NCBI GenBank assembly: GCA_964247055.1
Contig: OZ176052.1
Coordinates: 5,208,001-5,272,000, forward strand
Direction of reading: 5' to 3'
From: Paragordius varius
Lineage: Eukaryota; Animalia; Nematomorpha
Length of the DNA: 64,000 nt
Positions 24,301 to 37,790 of the stretch are shown here, piece by piece. Each line of letters opens with the position of its first letter. Position 1 is the stretch's first letter. Below the pieces are notes generated by a model that saw only the letters and a list, made by a program, of their open reading frames with translations, made no database searches and was not told where the DNA came from. Both the position numbers and the translations under genes were made by a program.

Positions 24301-27300
24301 ATTAAAAGGAAAGTGCTTTAATGAACTGCAATGCCTCTATAAACAATTTTGCTTTTTCAGTACTTTTTTTTACCAATAACCATTTCATTACTTTTATAAG
24401 CATATACACTTTATTACACTTTTTTATTTATAAAGATTTTTCCACAAAAGTTGAAAACTAAAAAATATATTTTAAGCTTTAACACAAAAAGCAAACCCCT
24501 TAATATATCGTTTTTATGTTTTAAGGTTGAAAATTTGTTTTTACTTGGGTCACCGTTAGCCGTGTTTTTGGTCATGCGTGGCATATCTATTTACGGCCGT
24601 TCAGTGAACGCTGATAAATCTGCCCTTCAAGAAAAATTGTTACAAGTTACACCTAGAGAAGATACCACCACATCTTTCTTAAAAACAGAATCCCCATCCT
24701 CCACTTCAGTTATTAACAGTGCACGAAAAACATTTTTTGATCAAAGCCTTGATGTAATGTTAAAAAATGAGAATATTTCTCAGCAAGATGAACCAGCTAA
24801 AAAAGGTAATGGTATATATTTGCGGCAATAAATTGATTATCCAATTAAATTTTGGTTTTTAAATGGTGATGCACGGAATATTTTTGTATACATTGTTATA
24901 ATAGATTAGATTTTTTAACTAATTAGACTAGAATCTAGCGTAAATTAGTGGATATTTTTAAATGTTCAATTAAAGTTAAATTTCATTTTATTATCCGAAA
25001 ATTTGAAATTGAAATATAAAAACCCCAAGTGTATTAATGATCCATCGTACTATTGAGTTTAATTATCTCATATATTTGCTACGTTTACCATTATTACGTG
25101 AATATTTATATAATAATTTTTACATTTAGCACAACAAACTCCTCTTCGACCCTCACCACCCAGACCTGTAACACCTCCAAAACCAAACATCCTTAAAATG
25201 TCAACTGAAACTGAAAAGAATGAAAAAAATTACACATTGAAATCACCAGATTCACAAATCTTATCCCCAACAGGGGGCGAAAAAGAAAGTTTACAACAGG
25301 AATTAGAACGTATGGATAAAGAACATAATCGAAATCGTACTTCTTCATTCAACAAAAATAATAATGATAATAAGGCTAAAAGCAATAGTGATATTATCCA
25401 AAAACAAGGGAAAGAAAACGAACCAAAATACGATAATGATTACCAAAAGGAAGGAGAAAATTATGATGAAACTGACACCCACATCTCAACTAACACAAGT
25501 TTTAAGCCCAAAATTTCAGTGTTACTGCCCCGATCCATTTGCAATTACATCTATAACATATATCATCCAACTGACCCAGTGGTAACTTAATATTTGTTTA
25601 TCGGTTTAATTATTTTCATACAGTAAAAAATATATTTATTAAGAAAAAAACGTAAAACTTAGATACAATATTTTTGCTAAAAACAGCTATTTTGATTTAA
25701 CCTATCATCGTTTTAGGTTAAAAAATAAGGGATACAGATACACTTTAAATTCATTCTCAGTTATACATTTCACAATTGTAATCATTTAGCGTATAGAGAA
25801 GTCAGGGAGTATGGCTGTTCTTTTCTAAAAATATTTGTCTTTTAGTTTTTACTTGTCTTTATAATTTAATTTTTACTGTAACGTCCCACTTTAACTGCCC
25901 AAATTCTTTAATATATAAATAGGCTTATCGATTGGAACCTTTGATATCTTTCGATTATATCAATGTTAAGCCAGTGCCAGTTTACAGGTATGAAACAGCT
26001 AACAAAGTAGCCTATGACCAAATAGCACCCGAAAATTATAATGTTAATGTCAATAGTATTAATCCTACCTCTAATACTAATCAATCTACGAATCCAAATA
26101 TTAATTGTTTAACTAATCACATAAATCATGCTTCTGGATTATTATCAGACGCCTTAACTGAGAATTCTGAAAACATTAACATGGTTAATACGGATATGGA
26201 TACATCATTGATTCCAGTTTGTTTTTTATATATTTACACTATTTTAGATTTCGGGTGAAACTTTCATTTAATCTTTGGTTAAGCTTAAACTTATTATCCA
26301 TTTACTTCAATTGAACGTTTATTTTAACAATTCATAAAAACATGGAGTTTTTCTTTTTTTGAGATAATATGATATTCTACAATAGATAGCGTTATTCAAA
26401 AGGGAAGAGGGTTAACTAAGCGAAAATATCATTTTAAGCTGGTGTTTATATTTTTAGTTAGTACAATACACAATTCTATCATAATAAGCATATTCTTTTA
26501 AATTATAGTATAAAAATCCGGTTTATTATGATTTTAATTTGTAAATAATATGAGATTAATATTTTTATGGTTGTTTTTAAATTTTACCATAGGATATGGA
26601 CGATCTCGACCCGCAAGGTCGTTCTACACCACTAAATCAACCAATTTCAGACACGATACTACATAGAAAACACATTACCAAGTTAGAATCATCAAATAAA
26701 CGTACTCAATCACACCATACATACACAGATCCTCTTACAAAAAAGGTTTATAATCAATTTTAACCAATTTTAAATGTTGTTTTATATAAAAGGCATAAAT
26801 AATAAAGGAGTGATTATATTTTATTAAAGGGAGAATTTTACCACCTTAATATTATTGTTTCGATTTAGTTTATTTTTTTTTAACATATTGTAATTAACAA
26901 TTATACCATATATTGGCTTGTGTTGCATTTTATATTTTAGATGATTCCAAAACCAGCACTTATTGACAACACCGCTAACATTCCAAATCTGGAGGGTATT
27001 ATATTATTTTAATAATTTAATACGAAACTAAAATATATATATTTTTTAAAGATTGTTACAATTTGGATATGTTTGTTTTTATAATAAATATTAATAATTA
27101 TAGATGATTCATTTAAAGAATATCAATCTACCGCTGGTTTACAAATGCAATATGGTTCGATTGCTATAGACCCAACCATAATTCGAAGCGCACACTTTAG
27201 CTCATTACATGAAAATCCTACCCATGATTCAAATACTAAAGACGAAAATACTCCTTTAAATAATACCTCTTCTACTACTGATACAAATAATTATCAATTT

Positions 27301-29762
27301 TCAACTCCATTGATTACCCATGATCAAGGTTAGTATACAATAAATAAAATTAGTTTATATTTTATGAAGATATGATATTACAAATATAATTTTTTATCAA
27401 TTGAATATTATATAATATTATGATTGTAAGCAGGTAATGTTTGTTGCTGTTTATTTAATTGAACATTAATTCATTAAATATACTTTAAGTTGTAGATGCT
27501 AGAAATAGGATTATAAAAATTCAAAGGTTTATAGAGATGCTAGTTTAAATAATTTTGGCATAAAAAACAACTAATCATAAACATGAAAAAGACCACATCA
27601 ATAAAATTACAGTAATATAATTCACGTTGCTTTCTACTATGTCCAAACATGTCTTATGCAAATTTATTCAACACGGGATTGATTATTTATAAATATATTT
27701 TGTAGGAATTCCGACCCAATCAACTGCAATAGGAGATCATCATTTTAGTGAAAAATCTAATTTGACGGATAGAGCCAACACATCTTACTGGACACCGAAT
27801 TTAGATTTTATTCGTACGTATTGGAAACGTTCGTCCTCTCTAGAAAATAAGGAAATCAATTCTTCATTATCTACAACCCTACCTTCCGACATTGAAATGA
27901 CGTCTGAGCCATTATCTTCAAACATTAATGATCATAAAAATGTAATTGAGCCATAATAATTTCTTTTTTGCGTAGGAAACATCTGCTAATTTTTCTATAA
28001 TAATTCGCATTAATATGTATTAAACTAAGTTTCATTTTTTTACTAATTTGGATATCATACCGCTCAAAAAATTTATTGGTTCTTTATTGAGGTATTATTT
28101 TTGTATAGATTTAGCATATTCAACTATATTGATTTTAATATCTAGGTGTCTACTTCTGATATAGCTATCAGTTCTTCCCCATCCACTTCCATTGCAGACA
28201 GCATCAAAGTGAAATATGTGGCCAATAATAATCATAATGGTTTGCATTTATGTTTGTTTTAATTGTTGATATGACGTTATCACGATATTTATATATTATG
28301 AATTTTACCCAAAGTCTTAAATGTTTTTTGGATATATATACCAACAGCAAAAATTTAAGCTGTTAATTAAATCACTGTTTTCTTTATATTAAAACATATT
28401 AGTATGTGTTATATAGAGATTTTTTGTATAGATTTACTTAACCATCAAAATTCCAATGTTGGAAACAACATAAATTTGGTTGAAGCCCCCTTAAATACTG
28501 AAACAGATGATCATGAAACCGGAAAAATTATTATGATTGACGAATCTGGCCACCAATTAGGAGGGCAAGACTCTAACATAACTGAACCTCGAGAATCGGT
28601 ACAAGATACGCTTTCTGACGGCCAACAAACGTCCAAATCTGTTAAATTTGCACCAGAAAATCAAATAAATAATGTCACAGAATTAATCCAACCATCCACA
28701 CCCCTAAACACAAATGGTAAACGTATTTCTGCCACTTCTGGGATAAGTATGGTGGCTGGTGTTAAAAATCGATTATCTCAAACTAAAATCCCTTTGATAG
28801 GAGGGGGAGGTGGATCTTCATCGGCCAAAAAATCATCGATAACCAATGAAAAAAAGTTAATAAAACAACGTAGTAATGAGAAGACGAGGGAACCAAATAA
28901 TAAGGCCAATGATCAAGGCACAGATGAAGACAAAAATAGTGAGACTTTACACCCAAGTATATAACTTACCTATCTATATCTAATAACGCTTGTCAAATTC
29001 TGTATATATAAATGAAAATTTAACTATGACTAAATCGAAAATTAATTGTCATGTGTGGGAAAATTAAACTTAAATTTAGACCGAATATACCAAGTCGTAT
29101 GTCAAACCGGCATTTGTAATCGCAAACTAGTTTTTTGCTTGTTACACTCATCAGTACCACATTACATATGACTCACTGTAATTTAAATTATACGGACAAA
29201 ACGTAAGAATATAAAGACAAATATTTTTTTCTAGACAACCATACTTTTTGAATCTTATTTTTTTCAATATAACTTATTGTTTTAAACGCCAAAGTATAGA
29301 ATAGAGATGTATATTGGTAACACAATAAATACATATTTTACGATCGTTATTAAATGATTTTAATAGGATAAATTAAGGTTTCAAAAATTATGGTTGTGTT
29401 ATGAAAAAATGATTTTTATTTTTACGTTTTGTCCGTATAATTTCAAATTTTACTATACTAATTTTAAATCGCGCATTGGTCCTGAATTTATCTTCTTTAT
29501 AAATTGACTCATACATCTTTAAAATTTTACTAACATTAATTTAATTTTTATTATAGGGATATTTTCAGCATTTTTATGCCAACAGTTGGCCTGTATTATA
29601 TCTCTTTTTACTTTAATAGAGTTAGAATATCGTGTTGATTATACTATTCCAATGGGTTGGACGTTTGTTAACAATTACGTTTCAGCTATCACTGCACATA
29701 CAAGTTATTGGAACAATCCTGATGTCATTTATTTCGTTTTGCAACATTTGTTTCCAGATTAA
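19219..29762 (+). CDS. DDHD1: DDHD-domain phospholipase A1 (DDHD1/PA-PLA1-like), ~22 exons, roughly 1400 aa by manual exon sum
   Basis: Motifs EVRWFYSSPKKTWIPFLGYDSLRIE, VRGSWF, THLVFVIHGIG, AEFLPIEWR, MDIMYYTSP, VSIIAHSLG (lipase serine), VENLFLLGSPLAVFL, NIYHPTDPVAYRLEPLI, YRVDY..SAITAHTSYW, all colinear with recalled DDHD1. Confidence 0.93.
21306..21356. repeat. (TA)n microsatellite in a DDHD1 intron
   Basis: Uninterrupted TA run of ~50 nt. Confidence 0.95.
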
Positions 29763-31608
29763 AAGATTTTTATTTTAGACACGACCTGCTAATTTTTGTA
29801 TTACAATTAAATTAACACTTTCTTTGACCACAAGTGACAAATTGTATTACAATTAAATTTCACTTTTTTCATACATATAAATTTATAACGATTTTTAATT
29901 AGCACACATATGAATGAAATTTACAATACGCATAATTAGACTCCTCGTGTTACTTTTGAAAAATCTTTAATTTCTTGTTACGTGATATATGCAATCCTTA
30001 TTAAACCCAATAATAGTCATTTTAAACAATATCCTTAATTTATGTGTTTTACTTTAGCCTTGTCTAGAAAATATTTATTATTCAATATCTATTTACATCT
30101 ATCCATATTATATAAGTGTCTATTGCCACAACAATAAATATGCAAATTTTCAATGATAATTAATATTTTTAGTTAACCCCAAAAAAATTAATATAATTTA
30201 AGGAGTATACGGCTTTATTGTGAACATAGTTGTGCGACAATCTAACGATTAATTAAAAACTTATGCTGTTATTTTCGTCTAAATCCAGATCCGTTTCACA
30301 AATATAATTATGTTCTATTTTTTAATACTATTCATATTTTACATAAAATTATTATGAATCCAAATTATCTGTGCTATGCGTCGCTAAGACCGAGTTAGAA
30401 AGTAAAGAGTTAAGGTCAGTTTGAAAAATAAGTTTAACAATTTTAATTTTGCAAAACTGTTTTTTTTGTTAAAGAAAAATTTTATAAATAAATAAAAGGT
30501 ATATGGCATATGAAAAAAATATTAACAAAAATTAAAGTACTAATCCGATTTCAAGATTAATAGATGACCTTGATGCAATAAAAACCAGCCCAATTACAAA
30601 TTTAACCCTAAAATTCGTGGTTCAATATTTTAAAGAGCATTGCAATTTTGCATTAATACCTTGTATATAACTTTAATCATGCTCATTATATTAAATTTTT
30701 AAAAATGTTTTAATTTTATATTTTAAAAGTAATGGTAGGCATCAGAGAAACTGTATGGTAGTCATTTTTTTTCAAATTCGATGCAAAAATTTACTTTTTT
30801 ATTTTATTTTGCGAATTAATCAAAAAAGTATTTTATTAAATTGATTTCGGTATGGAAATATAAAAATAAAGTATTTAATAAAGTATCATTGATCACTGAT
30901 GTGTTAAAAACAATACCATTGTTAACATGCTTAATAACTTAGAAGGTTATACATATTATAATTTACTTAGCATAATCTTTTTGATACCTTATAATTTATG
31001 ATAACAACAATAATTAAAACTTTTTTGCGTTTTTAATATAATGCCGTTTTATATTATAGTAATTTTTTTACAAAAAATTTGTTTTAATTATGGCCAAATA
31101 TTGAATTTATTCTTATATTGGTCCCTACTTTTAAATCCAATTCGAAGTGTCTATCAAAATATTCATACAACATAAACTTGGGGATTATTATATAATATAA
31201 CCTTCTAAATAAAATAATTACATGATATAACATTTATTAAGTATGGCAAACATTGTATAATTATAAATTCAAATATAATAATGGACAAAAAGAATGAGAA
31301 ATATGGATGAAAAACATATATTTGGTTACATATTTAGCAAAGTATATATGGCCAATTTTTTTGTATCTAAATATTGTTGATAATAAATTGTACGTCATTT
31401 CCGGTTCTAAAAAAGGATTCTGGTAATAAAAAGTCTAACGCGTAAAATAATATCATTTTACATGTAGTGAATGCTTCTAAGTAAGAAATAAAAGTTATAT
31501 ATTTATATATAATGTTGACTTATGCAGGTTATTACAGAATTTGGAGCATATTGAGAATTGTTTGCTTTGCATGCAAATTTGTTTTTGTATTATCATTAAA
31601 TTTTATTA

Positions 31609-34147
31609 TTAATCATCTTCTGTCTCTGCACTTTCGACTTCCTCATCCTATAAATTTTAAACAACAAATGTTTAATTATATTTAATATTTCAATAATTTA
31701 AAAATAATTTGGGCATAAAATTATGGATGACATAGGAATAGGTTTATTAAAAGTTAAAAATAGAAATTAAATAAATGATTATTTATTGAATATTGATAGC
31801 TAACTAGCCTTACTGATTGAAAAATATATAATATTATGGTTATTTAATTTTAAAATTAATTTATATATTTATATAAAAACATACCTCTGATAAATCTTCA
31901 TCATCAACCTATAAATACAAACATATATCAAGCGATATTTATAAAATGTTAGACTAAAATTAAAACTAAATTATAAATTAATGCGAAATAATTTTAATGC
32001 TCCTACGCAAACTAATAACTTAAGCTTATCTTATAAAAAACAAACATATATTTTTGATGAAAATAAAAAATTACCGCAGAATAATATCCAGTAAAAAAGT
32101 ATACAGCACGAGGTACTATACGTTCGCGGAAATAATTTCCAATCTCCACATCATCTGCAACAACTTGGCATACATCATCATCCTATGAGTGTGCGCAAAA
32201 AATGCACTTGATTAATAGTAAAAAAAATTATTCTAAAAGTATTCAATATATCATTTTATTTTAAGATTGTTATTGCTTTAATATTTGATAGCCTTTTACT
32301 TAATTTGATTTTGTTTTCCAAAAACGTGTCAAAAAATAGGAGTATACAGTAAGCATTTCAATGGCTTATTCATATATAGTTGGTCTCGATTGTTTTTCTC
32401 CAACTATAGTGAGAATAGGTCAGCATTTAAATGCATACATACTGTAATTAAATGCGGTCCAATTTTTAGGGGTATTATAAATGAAATCATACAAACTAAT
32501 CATTTAAACAAACTATAGCAATCTTATCTTAATATTCTTTCCAGCAAAAAATTGGTTATTATTCAAAATATAGTTTAAATTATGTAACCATAGAATAACA
32601 AATATGAAATATTTATGTAAATTGAAATATAATTATACCATATCTTCGGCTGCAATATCTTGTGGAACTAAACAAGAAATATAAATATAACTGATTTATA
32701 ACATCGGTTAGTAGTATCATCAATTATAGTATAAAAAAAGTTTCTAAAGGTATAAAGTTGGCACATAAATGGTCTTTTCAAGGCCAATAATTAACATATA
32801 ACATAGCACAATAATCTAAATTTTTTAATCAGTAAATTTTAAAAACGATCTTTAAATTATTCAATTTTTTTGTGCGGTAACTTTCTTAAAAATATGAAAA
32901 GAGCATGGTAAATATTTTAAAAATTAGCGTATATAAATTTATAAAAGCTCACTATCATGAGTATCAAAGAAATTGAAGAAAGAGTCGACTTTCATGTCTT
33001 TATTTATAATTTTGGTTTGACCAGTTGTTTTATGCTTTTGACGTTTTTTGATTGAGCGAACAGTAATATTTTTACCAGGATTCCAATTTATAACAGTTCT
33101 ATTTATAAAAAATATTATATTACAATAGAAAAGATAATTGATTTAGATTAAGATGTGTGAAAAAATGTATAATAATACAGTTTAATAAAATAAAGCATTA
33201 TATAAAAACTAGCTAAAAATCATGTATACCCTTCACATTTACGCGCATCTGGTCCTTCGAACAACAGGGAATCATTTTCATGAACTTCACACTGAAATTC
33301 GTACGTTTTGGTTAATACTGTGTTGGTAAAATATTCGTTTGGCTCAAAATAGAATTCGATACTAAAACCCTAATGATATAACATTTAAATTAATTTTATT
33401 ACAATATTGAAAATAGTAGGATCATTAAATATTTTGAAATGGACTTACGATTGGGTCTTCTTTCATAACAATTTTTATATCTTTAAGGTGCTTGAGAACA
33501 GGGACATCGGGATCCTAAAATATATATATAATTATGCAAATTAGGCAATAAAATTTTCAATCAAAATAAAGTACTTCAATTAATTCTCCAATAATATCTG
33601 CATTTTGCATGGCAGTGAGCCAGAAATCTGGAATGCCTTTAACTGTAATATATTTATATAAATAAAATATGCATATAAAAAAATTAATTAATAAAAACAA
33701 CTAATTATACCGTCAGCCAGAGTTGTATTTTCAATTTTATTCTATATATATAAAAAAAGATAGAATTATTTATAAAACTTTATATACAACAAAAATTATA
33801 CAGTAATTTCACTAGTTTCGTCATCGGACGGCCATTTACATTCCTCTTCAGCAGGTTCTCTATCACCATTTATTATATCTTTGCGCTAAAATATAGTAAA
33901 AAGATTTACTTTATCGAATATTTCTTGGTACTTTTTATAAAAATCGCATTCTAATTGATGAGCAATTTTATGGTATTTGGCTTCTTCCAAACTGTATAAA
34001 TAATGCAACTTTTTTAAAGCATTTATGCGCTTTCTAACTACGGGAGGAAGGCTAAAATTAAATTATAAAATACCTTTTAACAAAATCACCCGAATCAAAA
34101 GAATCTTCGTCGAATTTTGAAACAGGTTTTCTATCGCCTTTTTCCAT
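31609..34147 (-). CDS. NAP1L1: Nucleosome assembly protein 1-like; 12 coding exons
   Basis: SLPPVVRKRINALKKL..IFDKRKDIING..EPAEEECKW..VKGIPDFWLTAM..DVPVLKHLKDIK..GFSIEFYFEPNEYFTNTVLTKTY..FEGP..INWNPGKNITV..DSFFNFF..EIGNYFRERIVPRAVYFFTG, acidic tail; ATG at 34147, stop ending 31609. Confidence 0.93.
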
Positions 34148-34661
34148 TGCAAAGCCTAACAAAAAATAATAATGATATCCGGATGATGTTCAAATATTTT
34201 TTAAAAAACATCTAAATAAACATAAATAACGTTCATGTCTTAAAATAAATGCAATTTCACACATAATTATATAACCCAAATATTTGCGCTAAATAGATTT
34301 GTTTAAATCCGGTTATAGCATATTTTCTTACATTTTAATGTTGTTTTAAGAGTTTGTCCCTATAGATTTTTTCATTAAAATATTTATCGTAATATATAAA
34401 ATAATCCTTATCTCAAAATTTAATTTATATTGTTAAAAGTTATAATATAAATACAATACTTGATAATATTTGTCTAATAACTTCACATTTGTTTAGAATT
34501 AACTAGCAACAAAAATTTATTTACACTTTTGTGGTCATTGCTCCATATTAGAAAATGTTAAATTTGCGCATATTTTGTTAGCAAAACAATAACAAAATTT
34601 TATTTTAGAAGTGGGGTCCAAAAGTCTTAGATGTTTGGACCCATTCTAAAATAATAGTTAA

Positions 34662-35187
34662 CACTTCGATTCAAATTGCGGTATCTAAATATCCCAGACA
34701 ATTTTTAGTTGAAATTATTAAAAAACCACTGAAAGAAACGGTTCTAATTTAAATTTGTTCTTCTATCCTAATAAAATTATACAAAACCAAAATATCTAAA
34801 TAAAATTTAGTTTTGGAAATAAAGTTCCATATCAAATTACTTGGACGCCATTTTTATTTTTAAACATTTTTGCAAAATATCTGCTTTTTTGATTCTAAGT
34901 CTAAAATTAAGTTTACTTTTTTATTTAAATTTAACATTGATATAAACAGGAAAGAGGAATATTTTGTATTATTTTTACACTTAGCTTATTCACACTTGTC
35001 ATGTTTGCTTAATTTTCACCTTTGGGTTTTGCCTCTGTAAATTTTTTATAATATTTTGAAGTGCAACTTTTTGGATGGTTTTAAATTATTCCATATTTTT
35101 TAATATATTTAATTTTAACCAAGCCTGGGGTATCTAACTACCCCAATTTGAATCGAAGGAATAAAATGAATGCGTTGTATCTAAGTG
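34662..35187. mobile_element. piggyBac-like MITE family A, copy 3 (opposite orientation to copy 1)
   Basis: TTAA at 34658-61 and 35188-91; CACTTCGATTCAAATTGCGGTATCTAAATATCCCAG end and spacer-containing end CCCCAATTTGAATCGAAGGA..TGTATCTAAGTG. Confidence 0.8.
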
Positions 35188-35699
35188 TTAAAGTTAATGC
35201 GAAAGGGTCGATATTGTGCGATAAAATATACATAATAGATTATGGTATCAAAAAATAATGAAAAAATACATACTTTTTAATTTTTTAAAAAACTTTGTTC
35301 ATTAGTTTATGCTACTTTGAAGACAATAACGGTAAAAACTTTAAGATGTATTGAAAAATTCTCTAAATAATTTTGAAATTCAGAACATTTCTATCACCTC
35401 AGGATTTTACATAATATATTCAGGTTTTTATTCATTGAATATAAATTGTTATCTTCACAAAAATTCAGCCATTATTTAAATTGAAATTTCGACTTGATTG
35501 TTCAGCACAACGATATAGGAAAAATAGATTAAATAATATCTTATAGTATTTTATGCCATTTCCACCATGGTTTAAAATATCATGAAAGTCGCTTCTTCAA
35601 AATTTTGATATAAAGTATATTTTTAAGCTAAATATACATTTTTCGGGAAAGACTTTTTTGATGTCACATTTCAGGATATACACTGCGTCCAAATATGAA

Positions 35700-36556
35700 A
35701 AAATAACCTGATGAATATATATATTTTCTAGATTATCATGGTATGTTCGGCATTTATGAGTGGTATGAGAAAGTTATTTACAGTTTTGTAGTAATAGCTC
35801 CATATCCATTTTGGTGAAAAAATGTTTCATTTGAAAAAATATCACGAAATATATCACAAAATACATATAAAAAAATATTTTTAAAAATTTTAATTTTTAG
35901 ATTGGGCCGAAAATCCCACTTTTTTGCTCTTCTAAAGGCTAGTTATCTTAAAATAAACGAAAAAATGCCGGGGTTACCCTATAAAAATTTTAATATATTT
36001 TTGTTATCAAATAAAAATATTTTTAAAAAATCCAGTTTTTCATAAATCTAATTTTTCGCATTTTATTTAAAGATTTCACATTATTTTAGGGATAATGGAA
36101 GTGATAGGAATGTTCAGCCTCATCGAATTATATACTAAAATTTTTTTTTAAATGCCTTAATGCGTTTTATACTGTTTCCATGATGCCGAAAAATAGTATA
36201 AAGTGCGCTTCAACAAAAAGTATGCATTTTTATAAAAATAATTTTTGATAATTTGGCATATATTTAAAGTTTTTATTGTGCATCCTGGCATTTTTAATTT
36301 TAATACTAGCCTATTTTAGAAGAGCGAAAAAAATTTAAAAATATTGTTTTGACTTTTATGATTTTCAATGGATTCTAATGAAGCATTTTTCTTTCACCAA
36401 AAAATTAATTATTTAAATGGGCGCAAATTTTATTTATGGAACACTTACCACAAAAGTGTAAATACTTTCTTAAATCTTTCATAAGGGCAACTTAAAGCAC
36501 CCTAAATCTCTTGATACATTTTCCTATCAGAAAATATCTATTTCATCAGGTTATTT
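35700..36556. mobile_element. Complete long-TIR foldback-like element, family B (two diverged ~400-bp arms)
   Basis: AAATAACCTGATGAATATATATATTTTCT at the start is mirrored by AGAAAATATCTATTTCATCAGGTTATTT at the end; internal motifs mirrored (TTTTTGCTCTTCTAAA / TTTAGAAGAGCGAAAA). Confidence 0.7.
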
Positions 36557-37549
36557 GTCGACAGTAACAATTCATGATCTTTTCACTTTGTCAGCGATAA
36601 CATATTAGCGTAGTTTTCTATCACAGAGCTCAGCCTTGTAAATAAGCTACTGTTATAAGTTATAATTAAAATTCAATTATTCATCGTTTTCCTGTATTAC
36701 TTAACAAAGTACACTTTTGTAACTTCTATAGTATATAAATGGCACGATCCAAACAGGATTAAATACACAGCTGATTTTAAAATCAATAAATAAGTTTCTG
36801 CTGGTAAAATAAATGACTTGATTAATTATTTACATTTTCTAACCATAATATACATTAATATGCCTATTTGATTATATTACATTTTTACATTTGAAATTTT
36901 TTTTGTAATTTGCGCCTTAAGGGCTAAGGAGAGCATATTAACTTTGGCCTAATACCTCAAATACTTTTTAAGATATTCGAATTCGAATTGCTCCGAAATA
37001 TAAAATTACGCCAAGAAGTGTAAAAAATTATATCATGTGGGTTGCGTTAATTTTAACAGAACTAACTGATTTTAGAAGGGTGAGAAATTCCAGGCTTCGG
37101 CCCTCATCCAAAAATAAGAGTTTAAAATTATTGTTTTGCTTTTATGTATGATATATTTCAACACCTGATGACTTGAGGTAATTTAGTAAAGCAGAGCGAT
37201 ATTTGAATATCTTAACAAATATTTCTCAAACTTTTTCGCTGCTATTTTTTTTCTTTAAATATTTAATTGCCAATACAATAGGCATATAATTAAATACTAT
37301 GGTTAGAGTAAATTATTTCTTTATAAAGCTTTCAGGTTGCATTTTACCAGCAAAAACTTGATAATTATTGATAACAAAGTAGGTCAATCGTGTTTTGGAG
37401 TTGTTCCAATTATGGACTATAAGTAAAATTGTATGAAATATCACCTTTTTTATCAGGAGAACAAAAATCCTTAATTAAATTTTAAATAAAATAACTTTAA
37501 AACAGTAGTTTATTTAAAAATAGAGTTCTAAGATATAAAAATATTCTCA

Positions 37550-37790
37550 TCGCGCACAAGAAAATTTCATGAAGTATTAATAATATTTTTTGGAATGAAG
37601 CATTTGGCTTTCACCAAAAAAATTTTGTTTTACAAAATGTGCGTAAATTTAGCCATTATTTGATATAAAACAGTTACCACAAAATTGTCAATAACTTTTG
37701 GATCACTCATGAGGGCAAAAACCTAAAGCACAATGATCCTCTAGATATATTTTCTTATCATAATATATATATTATCATGATATTTCATGG
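37550..37790. repeat. Reverse arm fragment of family B
   Basis: GAAGCATTT..CTTTCACCAAAAAA..TTACCACAAAA..GAGGGCAAAA..AAAGCAC shared with 36380-36520. Confidence 0.55.

Noticed and set aside
29557-29592. Extra DDHD1 exon with a 27-nt downstream intron
   Set aside because: Inclusion breaks the frame; direct splicing from ~28957 to ~29619 keeps the phase.
33815-33856. Minus-strand CTGAAGAG...CGAAAC resembling a hammerhead ribozyme core
   Set aside because: It is NAP1 coding sequence (EPAEEECKWPSDDET) and stem II does not pair.
36900-37450. Stop-riddled minus-strand reading frames suggesting a decayed transposase or gene
   Set aside because: No diagnostic motif could be recovered.
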